A DNA stretch of 64,000 bases, from NCBI GenBank assembly GCA_041695225.1, contig JBGFRI010000007.1, forward strand, positions 1 to 64,000, read 5' to 3'. This document shows positions 39,988 through 50,795 of this stretch, piece after piece. The notes under the pieces were generated by a model. It was not told where the DNA came from. It made no database searches and saw nothing but the letters and a program-made list of their open reading frames with translations. Origin of the DNA: Deinococcota bacterium (GTDB taxonomy: Bacteria > Deinococcota > Deinococci > Deinococcales > Thermaceae). Every line of letters begins with the position of its first letter. The first letter of the stretch is position 1. A program made the translations under genes and the position numbers.

Positions 39988-41241
39988 TCAAAGGATGTAG
40001 CGGGAAAGGTCGCGGGATGCCAGTACGCTTTCAAGTCGCGCTTCCACGTACTCCTTGGTCACTTCCACTCGTCCCAGATGAGTTTGAAACGAAACTTCCT
40101 CCAACAGCCGCTCCAGCACCGTCGAGAGCCGTCGAGCGCCAATATCCTCTAACTCTTGGTTAGCTTGGTGAGCGAACCGGGCTACCGCCTCGATGGCCTC
40201 GGGGGTAAAGTGAACCTCGGTATCGTCGGCAGCGAGCAGGGCACGGTACTGCTTGATCAGGGAGTTCTCTGGTTCGCGCAGGATCCGGGCAAATTCTTGC
40301 GGACCCAGGGGCTCTAGCTCGACCCGGATAGGAAACCGACCCTGGAGTTCGGGAATCAGGTCGGAGGGCTTGGAGACATGAAAGGCCCCGGCGGCTATAA
40401 ACAACACATGGTCAGTCGAGACCGGCCCCAGGCGGCTTGAGACCACCGTCCCTTCCACAATGGGAAGCAGGTCGCGCTGAACCCCTTCACCCGAGACATC
40501 GGGCCCACTGGTGGTTCCTTTACCCCGGGCGATCTTGTCCATCTCGTCAATAAACACAATGCCCTCTTCCTGGGCGCGTCGCAGGGCCTCCTGGGTGGCT
40601 TCTTCTTTGTCTACCAGCCGCTCGGCCTCCTGGTTTTTGAGGATTTCCAGGGCCTCCCTTACCCGCAGCCTGCGCCGGATCTTGCGCTGGGGCATCAGCC
40701 CCTTGAGCATGTCCTGCAACCCCTGCATCTGTTCACCGCCGAACATGCCGACCATGGGGAGTCTGGCCTCTTCGGCCACTTCAATTTCAACCAGCTGGTC
40801 GTGGTAGTGGCCCGAGCGCAACTCGAAGGGTTGTATACGCAGTAGTGATGCCACTTCGTCTTCGGCCATGCTCTCGGCCCGCCCCTCAACTTTGGCCTTC
40901 ATCTCCTGCATGACCAGCTGGTAAGACGCCTCGGCCAGGTCCCGCACGATGGAGTCTACGTCGCGGCCCACATAGCCCACCTCGGTGAATTTGGTGGCTT
41001 CAATTTTCAGAAATGGCGCCCCTGCAAGCCGGGCCAGCCGTCGGGCTATCTCGGTTTTGCCCACTCCAGTGGGCCCAATCATGAGGATATTCTTGGGTGT
41101 GACCTCGCGGGCCAGTTCGGGCGGCAATTTTTTACGCCGCACCCGGTTGCGCAGCGCAACCGCAACGGCCCGTTTTGCTGCGGCCTGGCCCACAATGTGC
41201 TTGTCCAGCTCGCGCACGATTTCTGCGGGGGTGAGGTTTAT
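39988..41241 (-). CDS. hslU: ATP-dependent protease ATPase subunit HslU (apparent ATA start)
   Basis: GPTGVGKTE, EATKFTEVGYVG, GEGVQRDLLP, C-terminal DLSRYIL. Confidence 0.96.
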   Translation of the reverse strand: MNLTPAEIVRELDKHIVGQAAAKRAVAVALRNRVRRKKLPPELAREVTPKNILMIGPTGVGKTEIARRLARLAGAPFLKIEATKFTEVGYVGRDVDSIVRDLAEASYQLVMQEMKAKVEGRAESMAEDEVASLLRIQPFELRSGHYHDQLVEIEVAEEARLPMVGMFGGEQMQGLQDMLKGLMPQRKIRRRLRVREALEILKNQEAERLVDKEEATQEALRRAQEEGIVFIDEMDKIARGKGTTSGPDVSGEGVQRDLLPIVEGTVVSSRLGPVSTDHVLFIAAGAFHVSKPSDLIPELQGRFPIRVELEPLGPQEFARILREPENSLIKQYRALLAADDTEVHFTPEAIEAVARFAHQANQELEDIGARRLSTVLERLLEEVSFQTHLGRVEVTKEYVEARLESVLASRDLSRYIL

Positions 41242-41789
41242 GAGCTACCTCCTACGCTTAAGACCTGGGTGGGCTGGCCGCTGGTATAAAGGTCAATTTC
41301 CCCGGCCAGCCGGATGGCTTCCTGGACGATCTCGGGGGCGGAAAGGCTCGAGTGTCGCAACAAAGCCCTGGCCGCCGCCAGAGCATAGGCGCCGCCCGAA
41401 CCTACGGCAATTACTGGCTCGTCAGGGCTCAAAACCTCGCCGCTACCGGAGAGCAGTAACAGGGTGTCGCGGTCGGCCAGCACCAGCATGGCCTCGAGGT
41501 TGCGCAGCACCCGGTCGGTGCGCCAGAGCTTGGCAGTTTCTATAGCGGCCCGCTGCAGGTTGCCCTTGGCGCCGGATAACGCCCCCTCGAACTTTTCCAG
41601 GAGGGTCAGTGCGTCGGCCACAGCACCCGCAAAGCCCACCAAGATACCACCACCCTGTTCCAGGCGGCGCACCTTAACAGCGCCGGTTTTCATGATGGTC
41701 TGTCCCAGGGTGACCTGGCCATCGCCCGCGATTGCCGTAACACCTTCCCGACGTACAGCCACGATGGTGGTGCCATGCATTCGCTCCAT
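41238..41789 (-). CDS. hslV: ATP-dependent protease subunit HslV
   Basis: HGTTIV, AGDGQVT, GFAG, GSGG. Confidence 0.96.
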   Translation of the reverse strand: MERMHGTTIVAVRREGVTAIAGDGQVTLGQTIMKTGAVKVRRLEQGGGILVGFAGAVADALTLLEKFEGALSGAKGNLQRAAIETAKLWRTDRVLRNLEAMLVLADRDTLLLLSGSGEVLSPDEPVIAVGSGGAYALAAARALLRHSSLSAPEIVQEAIRLAGEIDLYTSGQPTQVLSVGGSS

Positions 41790-42038
41790 TCTTTCGGAAT
41801 CTAGCGCCGCAGAGTGAATCTGGCATGAGAGGCCTGGCGCGTAACGCAACCTGACTAGCCCAGCAGTAGCACCAGTTTTGGCAGACCCGAAATGGCTCCA
41901 CACAAAGGCTGTGCTGCACTTTTCGTAATCGTTAGCCCAGAACCACGCCCTGGATCACCAGTCGTTTTTCAGCTTTGGCCTATCAAGGAAGAGGGCTTAA
42001 TAACTCACCGTAAGCCGATGGCTAACGTCCCAACAGCA

Positions 42039-42830
42039 CTACCTGGGTTCCAGCTCTCTGAAGCCTCCGGGGATGGTCAGGTTCCGAATGCGGTTCAAAG
42101 GCCACCAGACCACATTGGCCCGGCCTGCAATAGAAGTAGTGGGAATTGGCCCAAAGGTGCGAGAGTCCTCCGAGCCGCCAAAGGTGCGGTTGTCGCCCAT
42201 TACAAAGAAATACCCCGGTCTGAGCCTGAGGGAGCTGATAAAGCAGTGTTCTCCCACACGGCTTTTTTCCAGGTCTGCCGGGCTTGGCGGCGCAAGCATT
42301 TCCAGAGTGGGCCTGAGATATGCCGGCAGTTGTTCAGGGGTAAAGCGCAACTGCTGCTGGGTAATGACGGCCACCAGTCTGTCGTCCTGGTAACAAACCA
42401 GGGGGAAGCTGTCGGGATATGGCGTTAGAGTAGCGGTAATATGCACTTCGTTGAGGGGTCTACCGTTGAGGTAGACAACCCCTTCACGCAGGCTTATCTC
42501 ATCGCCGGGCAGGCCGACAATCCGCTTGATAAAAAAAGGACGAAATTCAAAGCCCAGCACGGGGAACTGGGCCACGGCATGGGGAGCCCCAGCGGGTGGC
42601 TTCATAATTGCAATTTCGCCACGCTGCCACTGCATTAGACCAAAGCGCACCAGCCAGGTCTCGTACTTGGGTACAAAAACCCGCTCCCCATTAAGCAAAA
42701 CCGGGTTCATCGAATTACCTACCACCCCCACTGTAGTAAAGATAAAGGTGGTAAACAGTAGAGCTATCAAAATGGCTTCGCCAATCTGACGAAACCACTC
42801 CTTAAAGAGATAATCCAAAAAGTTACGCAT
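42039..42830 (-). CDS. lepB: Signal peptidase I
   Basis: GNSMNP, FIKRIVGLPGD, MGDNR, EDSRTFG. Confidence 0.94.
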   Translation of the reverse strand: MRNFLDYLFKEWFRQIGEAILIALLFTTFIFTTVGVVGNSMNPVLLNGERVFVPKYETWLVRFGLMQWQRGEIAIMKPPAGAPHAVAQFPVLGFEFRPFFIKRIVGLPGDEISLREGVVYLNGRPLNEVHITATLTPYPDSFPLVCYQDDRLVAVITQQQLRFTPEQLPAYLRPTLEMLAPPSPADLEKSRVGEHCFISSLRLRPGYFFVMGDNRTFGGSEDSRTFGPIPTTSIAGRANVVWWPLNRIRNLTIPGGFRELEPR

Positions 42831-43411
42831 CTCGTAGAGTCCCCTTAGAGTTCGCCGCAAAGATTTCTATGTTGCTGCTACCAGGCATTTATGATTGCAG
42901 CATAGGTCATCAAACCGGCGAATTCCCCAAGCTCGTTTCTGGGCGTGGTGCGGCCCCACATCGAAGCCGCGCTTGGTCCTGGCCAAAGCCCAGCCCATAG
43001 CATAACGCATACCCGCACTATTTCACTCTTCTCCCTGAGCAGTGACCAGCCCAGGACCTGCGCGACTATGTCTTGGGCACAAATAATCGTCCATGCACGC
43101 TAAAAGCCGCGCTAACTTGAATCCTTAGCGAACGATTTCATAGATACGACGGCGAGTAGTTCTTGCCTTTCCGGCTCGAGGCCATCATAAATTACGTCAC
43201 CAAACTTTGGCACCATACCACTTGGTTAACCCTTTGGCTACACTCAGGACAAGTCTGAAGGAAAGCTCTCCCCGGCAAAGGCTCAGGGTAGCTCCTGGCC
43301 TGAGACATGAGACATGCGACATGCGACAAGGCTCTTTCGCACCTCAGAGTAGCGCATCCGTTGCAGAGCCGGCGCAGCATGGGCGAACTAAAAATCGGTA
43401 TAGTGATGCTT

Positions 43412-44224
43412 GTGGGGTTGGCCGGGATTACCTTGGAGGGCGGTTATAAGGTCATTCGCCCAATTGCCCGAGGGGCTTTGGCAACAGTATATCTGGCCTT
43501 TGACGAGCACGGCGCCCCCTACGCCCTCAAGGTTTTTCCACAAGGGTTTGAAGGGCGCGCCGACCGCGAGTGGAAGGTGGGGCGACAGCTTGATCACCCC
43601 CGCATTAACCCTGTACTGGCACGGCTTAGCGTACCCTACCAAGGCATAGTACAGCCTGCGGTCTTGCTGGCTTTTGCCCCCGGCCACCGCTTCTCCGAGT
43701 GGCGCGGGCACAACCCCGGCAGGGTACTCGGGGTATTTCAGCATCTGCTCGAGGCCCTTGCTCACATGCACGGTCAGCGCCTGGTGCACCGCGACGTCAA
43801 GCCCGATAACCTGGTGGTGGACGGAACCGGAGAAGCACGTCTGGTGGACTTCGATCTCTCGGGCCCCCAGAGTGAGCGCTTTGACCAGAAGGTTCGCCTG
43901 GGAACCATCGCCTACATTGCCCCAGAACAAATTCGAGGGCAGCGGCCTTCTCCCGCTTCAGATATGTATTCGGCTGGTATCATGCTTTACTGGGCGCTAA
44001 CGGGCGAGCTACCCTTTGTGGGTGGACCGGCTGAAGTGATGAATGCCCACCTACACCAGCCCCCTCCGCCACTGACCGCCCCTGCCGAAAGCGGCCTGGA
44101 AATCACCACCGAACTACAGGCTTTTCTAAACCAGCTTATGGCCAAGGAGGCAGCCCGCCGCTACGCCAATGCCATCGAGGCCCTGGGCGATTTTGCGACC
44201 ATTGGCCTCTACCGGGCCTCTTGA
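43412..44224 (+). CDS. Ser/Thr protein kinase
   Basis: YALK, HRDVKPDN, DFD, GTIAYIAPE; GTG start 7 nt after TATAGT (start uncertain). Confidence 0.9.
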   Translation: MGLAGITLEGGYKVIRPIARGALATVYLAFDEHGAPYALKVFPQGFEGRADREWKVGRQLDHPRINPVLARLSVPYQGIVQPAVLLAFAPGHRFSEWRGHNPGRVLGVFQHLLEALAHMHGQRLVHRDVKPDNLVVDGTGEARLVDFDLSGPQSERFDQKVRLGTIAYIAPEQIRGQRPSPASDMYSAGIMLYWALTGELPFVGGPAEVMNAHLHQPPPPLTAPAESGLEITTELQAFLNQLMAKEAARRYANAIEALGDFATIGLYRAS

Positions 44225-44246
44225 CAGCTTTAGCTTTGAGCAGTCT

Positions 44247-45401
44247 TTAAAACCGGCTTTCGCGCTTGGAGAGCGGCTTGTACGGCAGGTCCAGCAGGCC
44301 CGTGTAGTGGGAGTCTGGGCGCAGAAGACGGTTATCTACTCTGGTGTACTCGAGGATATGGGCGCACCAGCCCGCGATGCGGGCCACCGCAAAGATGGGG
44401 GTGAAGAACTCGAGGGGATAGCCCAGGTCGGAGTAAACCACCCCAGAGTAGAAGTCTACATTGGGATAGATGCCCTTGGGGTTGTAAATGGCCCCCGCCT
44501 GTCGTTCGACTTCCTTCAGAATGGCATACTCGGTGCTGTGACCGTGGGCGGCCGCTACCTCGCCGGCATATTTGTCGAGCACACCAGCCCTGGGGTCGTA
44601 GGATTTGTAGACCCGGTGGCCCATACCCATAACGCGACCTTTTTTGGCCTGGAGCTCGGCCAACCAGGCAGTAACCCTGTCGGCAGACCCAATCTCGTCA
44701 ATCATCTTCATCACAGCTTCGTTGGCCCCACCGTGGCGGGGGCCTTTGAGAGCACCTACTGCGGCCACAATGGCGCTGTAGATGTCGGCTTGGGTGGAGT
44801 AGGCGGCAATAGCAGTGAAGGTGGAGGCATTGAAGCCGTGTTCGGCCTGCAAAATCAGGGCCACATCCATCAGCTTGACTTCCTCTTTGTTGGGCACCTT
44901 GCCGCTAGACATGTACAGAAAGTTGGCCGCATGGGACAAACCCTTGCGGGGAGAAAGTATTTTTTGCCCTTCGCGGTGGCGCTTGGTGGCCGCCACAATG
45001 GTGGCAAACTGGGCTATCAGGGACAGAGACTTCTGGTAAAGCGCTTCCGGAGACACATCGCCCTCGGTCTCGTCCGACATGCCCAGCTCGCTTACCGCAG
45101 TACGAAGCATAGACATAGGGTGGGCGTATCGAGGAAACTGCTTGATCTGTCTGATAATCGTGGCCGGTAAGGCACGTTTGGATGCTAGTTCGACGCTAAA
45201 GGACTTGAGCTCAGCCTTGTTGGGCAGCTTCCCGTGTAGCAGTAAGTAACTCACTTCCTCAAAGGTAGCGTGCTCGGCAAGGTCTTGAATTTTGTAGCCA
45301 CAGTAGTACAAACGGCCTACGTCGCCATCAATAAAGCACAGGCTGCTCTCGGTGAAAATTACGTTTTCCAGACCTCTGGCAATCGTCACGGTTGCACTCA
45401 T
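44247..45401 (-). CDS. gltA: Citrate synthase/2-methylcitrate synthase
   Basis: [32 protein letters not shown]. Confidence 0.9.
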   Translation of the reverse strand: MSATVTIARGLENVIFTESSLCFIDGDVGRLYYCGYKIQDLAEHATFEEVSYLLLHGKLPNKAELKSFSVELASKRALPATIIRQIKQFPRYAHPMSMLRTAVSELGMSDETEGDVSPEALYQKSLSLIAQFATIVAATKRHREGQKILSPRKGLSHAANFLYMSSGKVPNKEEVKLMDVALILQAEHGFNASTFTAIAAYSTQADIYSAIVAAVGALKGPRHGGANEAVMKMIDEIGSADRVTAWLAELQAKKGRVMGMGHRVYKSYDPRAGVLDKYAGEVAAAHGHSTEYAILKEVERQAGAIYNPKGIYPNVDFYSGVVYSDLGYPLEFFTPIFAVARIAGWCAHILEYTRVDNRLLRPDSHYTGLLDLPYKPLSKRESRF

Positions 45402-45465
45402 GTTTTCTCCTATTAACCTCGATTCCGACCGCAGTCGGATTCATCCCGTGTATTCTATCGCGTTC

Positions 45466-46266
45466 CTACACCGTAATACCGCAGAACAGCTCGTAATCTT
45501 GCAGTGTAGTTACACTGGGGTTTTTGCCGCAGACCGGACAGTCTGGGTTTTGGGGAAACTTGACAAAGTGAAAATGCGTGTGGAGCCCATCGTAGAGCAT
45601 CAGCCGGCCAGAGAGCACATCGCCATGCCCGAGCAAGATCTTAAGGGCCTCGGTGGCCATCAGGCTGCCTATCACCCCTGGCAGAACGCCAAAGACTCCG
45701 GCTTCCGAGCAGCTTGGAACCGTTCCGGGCTTGGGAGGATCGGGGAACAGGCACCGATAGCAAGGCCCTCCCTGGAAATGAAATACCGAAAGCTGTCCCT
45801 CGAACTGGTGAATGGCTCCGTATACCAGTGGTTTGTCCAGTAACACGCAGGCATCGTTTACCAGGTAGCGGGTGGGAAAGTTGTCGGTGCAGTCGAGCAC
45901 CAGGTCGTAGGGCTTTAGGAGGGCCAGGGCATTCTGCGCATCCAGCTTCAGGGCATGGGTTTCGACCTGCACGTGCGGGTTAAGGCTCTCTAAGCGGGCC
46001 CTGGCAGCCTGGGCCTTGGGCTGTCCGATAGCAGCAGTATCGAACAGCACCTGACGCTGAAGATTAGACAGGTCTACCCGGTCCATTTCCACAATGCCCA
46101 AGCGGCCCACGCCTGCCGCTGCCAGGTATAGCAAGGCCGGGGAGCCCAGGCCGCCTGCCCCTACCACCAGTACCGCACCCTTTTTCAGCCTGGCCTGACC
46201 GGCTCCTCCCACCCCCGGCAGCACAATGTGCCGGGCGTAACGATCTAGTTCATCTTTGGTCCACAT
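45466..46266 (-). CDS. moeB: MoeB/ThiF (E1-like) adenylyltransferase
   Basis: RYARH, GAGGLG, SNLQRQ, CYRC and CPVC. Confidence 0.9.
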   Translation of the reverse strand: MWTKDELDRYARHIVLPGVGGAGQARLKKGAVLVVGAGGLGSPALLYLAAAGVGRLGIVEMDRVDLSNLQRQVLFDTAAIGQPKAQAARARLESLNPHVQVETHALKLDAQNALALLKPYDLVLDCTDNFPTRYLVNDACVLLDKPLVYGAIHQFEGQLSVFHFQGGPCYRCLFPDPPKPGTVPSCSEAGVFGVLPGVIGSLMATEALKILLGHGDVLSGRLMLYDGLHTHFHFVKFPQNPDCPVCGKNPSVTTLQDYELFCGITV

Positions 46267-46401
46267 AGCTATCCCAAATCAGCCTACATTTTTTTGCCTT
46301 GTGCCCTGCCCGATTCTTAGAATACCCTTGCAGCAACACAGCATACTGGGCGCCAGTCGCTAAACGCTGCTAGGCAAACTGTTCAGGGCGCCAGCCTGGC
46401 C

Positions 46402-46791
46402 TTACCCAGGCTCAATCTGTACCGCCACTTCCTCTCCTTGTGGTAGCCAGTAGGCCCGCAGTTCGCCGCCTGGCATAGCAAAAATTATGTACGGAACCCG
46501 CCAAAAGGCTTGTGCGCGGTCGGTTTCGCTCGGCCTGGCGGGGCCGTTAGGGTGCGAATGATAGATGGCTACGAGCTCGAGCCCCTCAGATTCTAGCTTT
46601 CGTAGCAGTTCAATCAGGGTTTGCGGGTCGGCCTGGTAGCGTTGCTCGGGTAGCTCATGGGTGTTCTTCAGCGGCCAGACCTGCATCACCTGGCCCAGCC
46701 GGCCCACCCACAACCCCACTCCTTCGTGCGGCAGGACAGCCCTGAGGTGGGCCAGGGTCTGCTTTAGGCATTCGGGTGGAACCCGCAGCAT
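46402..46791 (-). CDS. JAB/JAMM (Mov34) metallopeptidase
   Basis: PHEGVG and YHSHP...PSETD. Confidence 0.9.
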   Translation of the reverse strand: MLRVPPECLKQTLAHLRAVLPHEGVGLWVGRLGQVMQVWPLKNTHELPEQRYQADPQTLIELLRKLESEGLELVAIYHSHPNGPARPSETDRAQAFWRVPYIIFAMPGGELRAYWLPQGEEVAVQIEPG

Positions 46792-46793
46792 GG

Positions 46794-47477
46794 TCAGTCT
46801 GTCGCCTCCAGCAGCACTACCTGGCTCAGGAACTGGTTTAGCGGCAGCAGCTTGCGGAATATCTTCTCCACTGTATCCGGCAATTTTTCCGAAAACACCT
46901 CTACTTCGTCTAAGCACTGACTGATCGTGAAGCTCCGCTGCTTCAAGTCTTCAATCAAGGGATGGTCGGCCCCAAACCCCCTCGGAGGACGGGAGAGTTT
47001 GCCTTCATCATCAAGTTTTAGCGCCTGGCGTAGCTCAGTCCAGCGATAATCCTGTCGTCCAATGGCTCGGCGTACCCTCCGGAGGCTCTCTGCCTCGGGC
47101 CTCCACATTCCGGCGCCTACAAAACAGTTATCGGGCTCGAGGTGGACATAAAACCCAGGCAGGTGCACATTCTGCCCCAGCCGGTGGCGAAACTGCGCGG
47201 CAGCGTGGGTCTTGTAGGGCGCTTTACTGGCGCTGAGGCGGGTGTCGCGGTTGATGCGGAAAAGGCTACGCGGGCTGGCAAGATAGTCAGGGCTAATATG
47301 CTTTAGGCGGGGGGCAAACTCCTCAATAAAACGCAAAAACGGCCGGCGCACCACCTTCTCGTAGCGCTGTTTGTTGGCCATAAACCAGGCCCGGTGGTTG
47401 TTGTAGCGGAGCTCAATCAAATAGTCAAGCAACTCCGGCGAAAAATAAGCCTGCCTTCCAGACAGCACTCCTGGCAT
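46794..47477 (-). CDS. DUF2461 family protein
   Basis: NNHRAWF, FRINRDTR, PYKTH, GFYVHLEP. Confidence 0.88.
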   Translation of the reverse strand: MPGVLSGRQAYFSPELLDYLIELRYNNHRAWFMANKQRYEKVVRRPFLRFIEEFAPRLKHISPDYLASPRSLFRINRDTRLSASKAPYKTHAAAQFRHRLGQNVHLPGFYVHLEPDNCFVGAGMWRPEAESLRRVRRAIGRQDYRWTELRQALKLDDEGKLSRPPRGFGADHPLIEDLKQRSFTISQCLDEVEVFSEKLPDTVEKIFRKLLPLNQFLSQVVLLEATD

Positions 47478-47679
47478 AGTGAAAGACTACCGCCTGGTGC
47501 AGTGCAGAATTGTTCGCAGGTTTGGAATTTTAAGCATCGGTCAGAGCCGCAATACAGGGCCCGCCAGCCAACGCCAGGTGTGCGGGCTTGCCTGTCGCGG
47601 ATGTCTGCCGGCTGGATGGGCGGTATGGTCTGCCAAGGGGGCCGCAGCGAATGCCCGATAAGTATCCGAGACGGTAAAG

Positions 47680-48300
47680 TTACTCTGCCAGGGCCGCATT
47701 AAAAAAGTCCCGCTCGCACTCCAGCGCGTAGCGGTAGTAATCGCGGGCCAGGGGCGTGTCTTCGGCGTAGCGGTCTACCAGTTGCTCGAGCCTTAGGGCC
47801 AGCGCCTCGAACTCTGGTGCGCTATAGGTGCGAATCCAGTTGGCATAGGTGTGCTCCGGGATGCCGCCCCTGGCCAGTTCCTGTCCGATAAAGGCATAAA
47901 GCCGCATACAGGGAGTCATGGCGGCAGCGGTAAGACCGACCGGGTGCTGCCAGGCCGTGGCCAGCAAGAAGTCGGTGTAGCGGCGGGTTGCCGGGCCGGG
48001 CTGGCTGGCTTGCAGATCTACCCCCCAGGTCGCGGCGTACTGCTGGTGAAGTTTGAGCTCCTCCAGCACCCCTCCGGCCAGCAGGTGAAACTCACCAAAC
48101 CCCTCGTGATCGGGTGCTCGGCCCGCTGCAATGCTGTAGGCGCGGGCGAAAGCCTCGAGGAAAAAGGCGTCCTGACCAAGGTAAAAAGCAAAACGCTCGC
48201 GCGGCAAAGAGCCATCGGTCAGCCCACGGACAAACGCAGAGTGCAGGCTGGCCAGAGCCAGGTCTCGATTAGACTGCCAGAGTTTAGCTGAAAGCCCCAT
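47680..48300 (-). CDS. tenA: TenA family thiaminase II
   Basis: FYLGQDAFFL, YTDFL, PCMRLY, WIRTY, ERDFF. Confidence 0.9.
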   Translation of the reverse strand: MGLSAKLWQSNRDLALASLHSAFVRGLTDGSLPRERFAFYLGQDAFFLEAFARAYSIAAGRAPDHEGFGEFHLLAGGVLEELKLHQQYAATWGVDLQASQPGPATRRYTDFLLATAWQHPVGLTAAAMTPCMRLYAFIGQELARGGIPEHTYANWIRTYSAPEFEALALRLEQLVDRYAEDTPLARDYYRYALECERDFFNAALAE

Positions 48301-48310
48301 TCATTTCCTC

Positions 48311-49342
48311 CTAAAAACCTTTTCCTGATCGCTGGTCTTCCCTGAAATGCTCCCAGCCCCTGGCCTGAAGCGCCGTTTCCTGGCCTTCGGGCAGCCTGAG
48401 GCTGCGCCCGGCGGACTCTGGCAAAACCTCGCCGATAATGCTCACTGGCGTGCCGGTCTGGCTGTGAATGGCCCTGGCCAGTTCCTCGGCAGCGCCCTCG
48501 GGCGCGGTAAAACAGAGCTCGAAATCTTCACCGCCCGAAAGCGCCAGGTCCAGCGCAGTTTCATCACACTTGCGGGCCACCTCCTGCACCGCCGCCGAGA
48601 CCGGCAGCCGCTCGGAAAAGATGTGCACGCCAACTGCGCTCTGCTGGCAGATATGCAAGAGATCGCTCGAGAGACCGTCGCTCAGGTCAATCATCGCCGT
48701 GGCCTGCCTGCTCTGGGCGATTATGGCAGCCTCCCGCAGGCGGGGCGTGGGGGTGAAAAGGCGCTCCAGCAGCGCCTCGCGGGCCAAACACTTTAGCCCA
48801 GGGCGCTTTACCAGACGCAGGCCCGCCGCCGCCTCGCCGAGGGTTCCGGTAACCAGGACCAGGTCGCCTGGGCGCGCCCCTGAGCGCAATAGCACCTGGT
48901 CAGGCGCTACTCGGCCCAGCAGGCAGAGATCAATTACGGTGTGCTGTGGGGCCCTGGCCATGTTGCCCCCGACCACTGCCACCCCCCAGCGGCTGGCCTC
49001 CTGGTGCAGGCCCTGGTAGAGTTGAACAAGCCAGTCCACCTCGGTGTTGAGAGGCACCACCAGCGAGACCAGCGCCGCCGTTGGGCGGCCGCCCATGGCC
49101 GCAATGTCGCTAAGGTTCACGGCCAGGGAGCGCCGACCAAGCTGCTGCGGGGTGATGGCCTCCCGCAGGAAGTGCACCGTCTCTACCTGGGCGTCAACCG
49201 TGGCCAGCAGTAGCTCTTCCCCCGGGCCCTGCAGCACTGCGGTGTCGTCGCCAATGCCAACCACCACGCCCGGATGCGGGCTACCCACTATGCGGGCCAG
49301 ACGCTCGATGAGCGGGAATTCTCCCAGGTCGCTAAGGCGCAC
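48311..49342 (-). CDS. thiL: Thiamine-phosphate kinase
   Basis: GEFPLI, GIGDDTA, NLSDIAAMG, IDLSDGL, GGEDFEL. Confidence 0.95.
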   Translation of the reverse strand: MRLSDLGEFPLIERLARIVGSPHPGVVVGIGDDTAVLQGPGEELLLATVDAQVETVHFLREAITPQQLGRRSLAVNLSDIAAMGGRPTAALVSLVVPLNTEVDWLVQLYQGLHQEASRWGVAVVGGNMARAPQHTVIDLCLLGRVAPDQVLLRSGARPGDLVLVTGTLGEAAAGLRLVKRPGLKCLAREALLERLFTPTPRLREAAIIAQSRQATAMIDLSDGLSSDLLHICQQSAVGVHIFSERLPVSAAVQEVARKCDETALDLALSGGEDFELCFTAPEGAAEELARAIHSQTGTPVSIIGEVLPESAGRSLRLPEGQETALQARGWEHFREDQRSGKGF

Positions 49343-50158
49343 CTAAGGCTCCCCTGCCCTGCTGATCTGCGCCCCCTGCAAAAGCTGCTCGGGGGTCAGA
49401 TGATAAAGCTGGTCAAAGAGCGCCAGCTTGAAACTGGCTGGGCCCCTGGCCTGGCTGGCGGCCAGCTCGGCGGCCAGACCAAAAGCGGCCAGCCCAAAAG
49501 CTGTCGCCAGCAACGGGTCCTTTTCTACCGCCGCAAAAGCAGCCACTGCCGTGGTGGCCATACAGCCAGTGCCGGTCAGGGTAGTAAGCCAGTGGTGGCC
49601 GTTATCCACCGCCAGCACCCGCTCTCCGTCGGAGACAATGTCGCGCCTGCCGGTAATGGCAACCACACTCCCCCAGGCCCTGGCCGCCTGCTGCGCTACC
49701 CCAATCAGATCTGCGGGGCCGCCCACGCTCTCGACGCCCTTCACCTCGCCGCCAGCGCCCGCCAGCGCGCCAATCTCGCCGGCGTTGCCTCGCACCACAG
49801 CGATCTTTAGCTCTCGCAGCAGCCTGTGGCTGGTGGTAGTGCGGAAGCTGGTAGCGCCTGCTCCGACCGGATCGAGCACGATGGGAATGTTGCGCCTGTT
49901 GGCAGCCTGGCCGGCAACCAGCATGGCCTCGACCCAGTCTGGGTCAAGTGTGCCGGGGTTGAGCACCAGTGCGCTGGCCAGGCCAACCATCTCCCCCACC
50001 TCTTCGCGTGCGTGGGCCATCACCGGCAGGGCGCCCAGGTGCAGGGTCAGGTTGGCGGTGTCGTTCATCACCACGTAGTTTGTAATGTGGTGCAGCAGAG
50101 GCCTCTCCTGGCGCAGCCTTGCGAAAGCCTCAGCCGCGCGATGGCTGATTTCATTCAT
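49343..50158 (-). CDS. thiM: Hydroxyethylthiazole kinase
   Basis: HHITNYV, LDPVGAGA, RGNAGEI, TGTGC. Confidence 0.95.
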   Translation of the reverse strand: MNEISHRAAEAFARLRQERPLLHHITNYVVMNDTANLTLHLGALPVMAHAREEVGEMVGLASALVLNPGTLDPDWVEAMLVAGQAANRRNIPIVLDPVGAGATSFRTTTSHRLLRELKIAVVRGNAGEIGALAGAGGEVKGVESVGGPADLIGVAQQAARAWGSVVAITGRRDIVSDGERVLAVDNGHHWLTTLTGTGCMATTAVAAFAAVEKDPLLATAFGLAAFGLAAELAASQARGPASFKLALFDQLYHLTPEQLLQGAQISRAGEP

Positions 50159-50795
50159 TACGACCTCCTGTAAGGGTGATCTGGCGCAGCCGCCGGGCGG
50201 CTGCCTCGGGGTCTGGGGCGCCGATCACCGCCGAGATAACCGCCACCCCAGCAGCGCCCGACTGCATCACCAGAGCGGCGTTCCCCAGCGTGATCCCGCC
50301 GATGCCTACCACCGGGATCGAGACGCTAGAGACAATTTCAGCAAAACGCTCGAGGCCAATGGGCGCTCCGGCGTCGGGCTTGGAGGTGGTGCCGAAGATA
50401 TCCCCCACGCCCAGGTAATCGGCGCCTGCTGCCTCGGCTTCTTTGGCCTCGGGCACGCTGCGCGCCGAGACCCCCAGGATGCGGTCCGGGCCGATCAGCC
50501 TGCGGGCCACCTCGGCAGGCATGTCCTCCTGCCCAAGGTGAACCCCCTCGGCCTGAAGGGCCAGAGCCACATCAACCCGGTCGTCCACAATGAGCGGCAG
50601 GCCGGCCCGGCGCGTGAGCTCGTGTAGCTGGCGCCCGAGGCTAAGCATCTCGCGGGTGCTGGACTCCTTAAGACGCAGCTGGATCACGGTGGCGCCGCCC
50701 CTGATTGCTGCTTGCACCACTTCAACCAGCGAGCGCCCGCCAGCAGTACGCCGGTCGGTAATGACGTACAAGGAGTAGTCCACTGGCTGATTCAT
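50151..50795 (-). CDS. thiE: Thiamine-phosphate synthase
   Basis: LYVITD, QLRLK, GVHLGQED, IGGI. Confidence 0.95.
   Translation of the reverse strand: MNQPVDYSLYVITDRRTAGGRSLVEVVQAAIRGGATVIQLRLKESSTREMLSLGRQLHELTRRAGLPLIVDDRVDVALALQAEGVHLGQEDMPAEVARRLIGPDRILGVSARSVPEAKEAEAAGADYLGVGDIFGTTSKPDAGAPIGLERFAEIVSSVSIPVVGIGGITLGNAALVMQSGAAGVAVISAVIGAPDPEAAARRLRQITLTGGRNE

Noticed and set aside
44169..45170. Long antisense ORFs (also 189-878, 12765-13535, 24099-24989, 54866-55735)
   Set aside because: Shadow frames of well-supported genes, expected in GC-rich DNA
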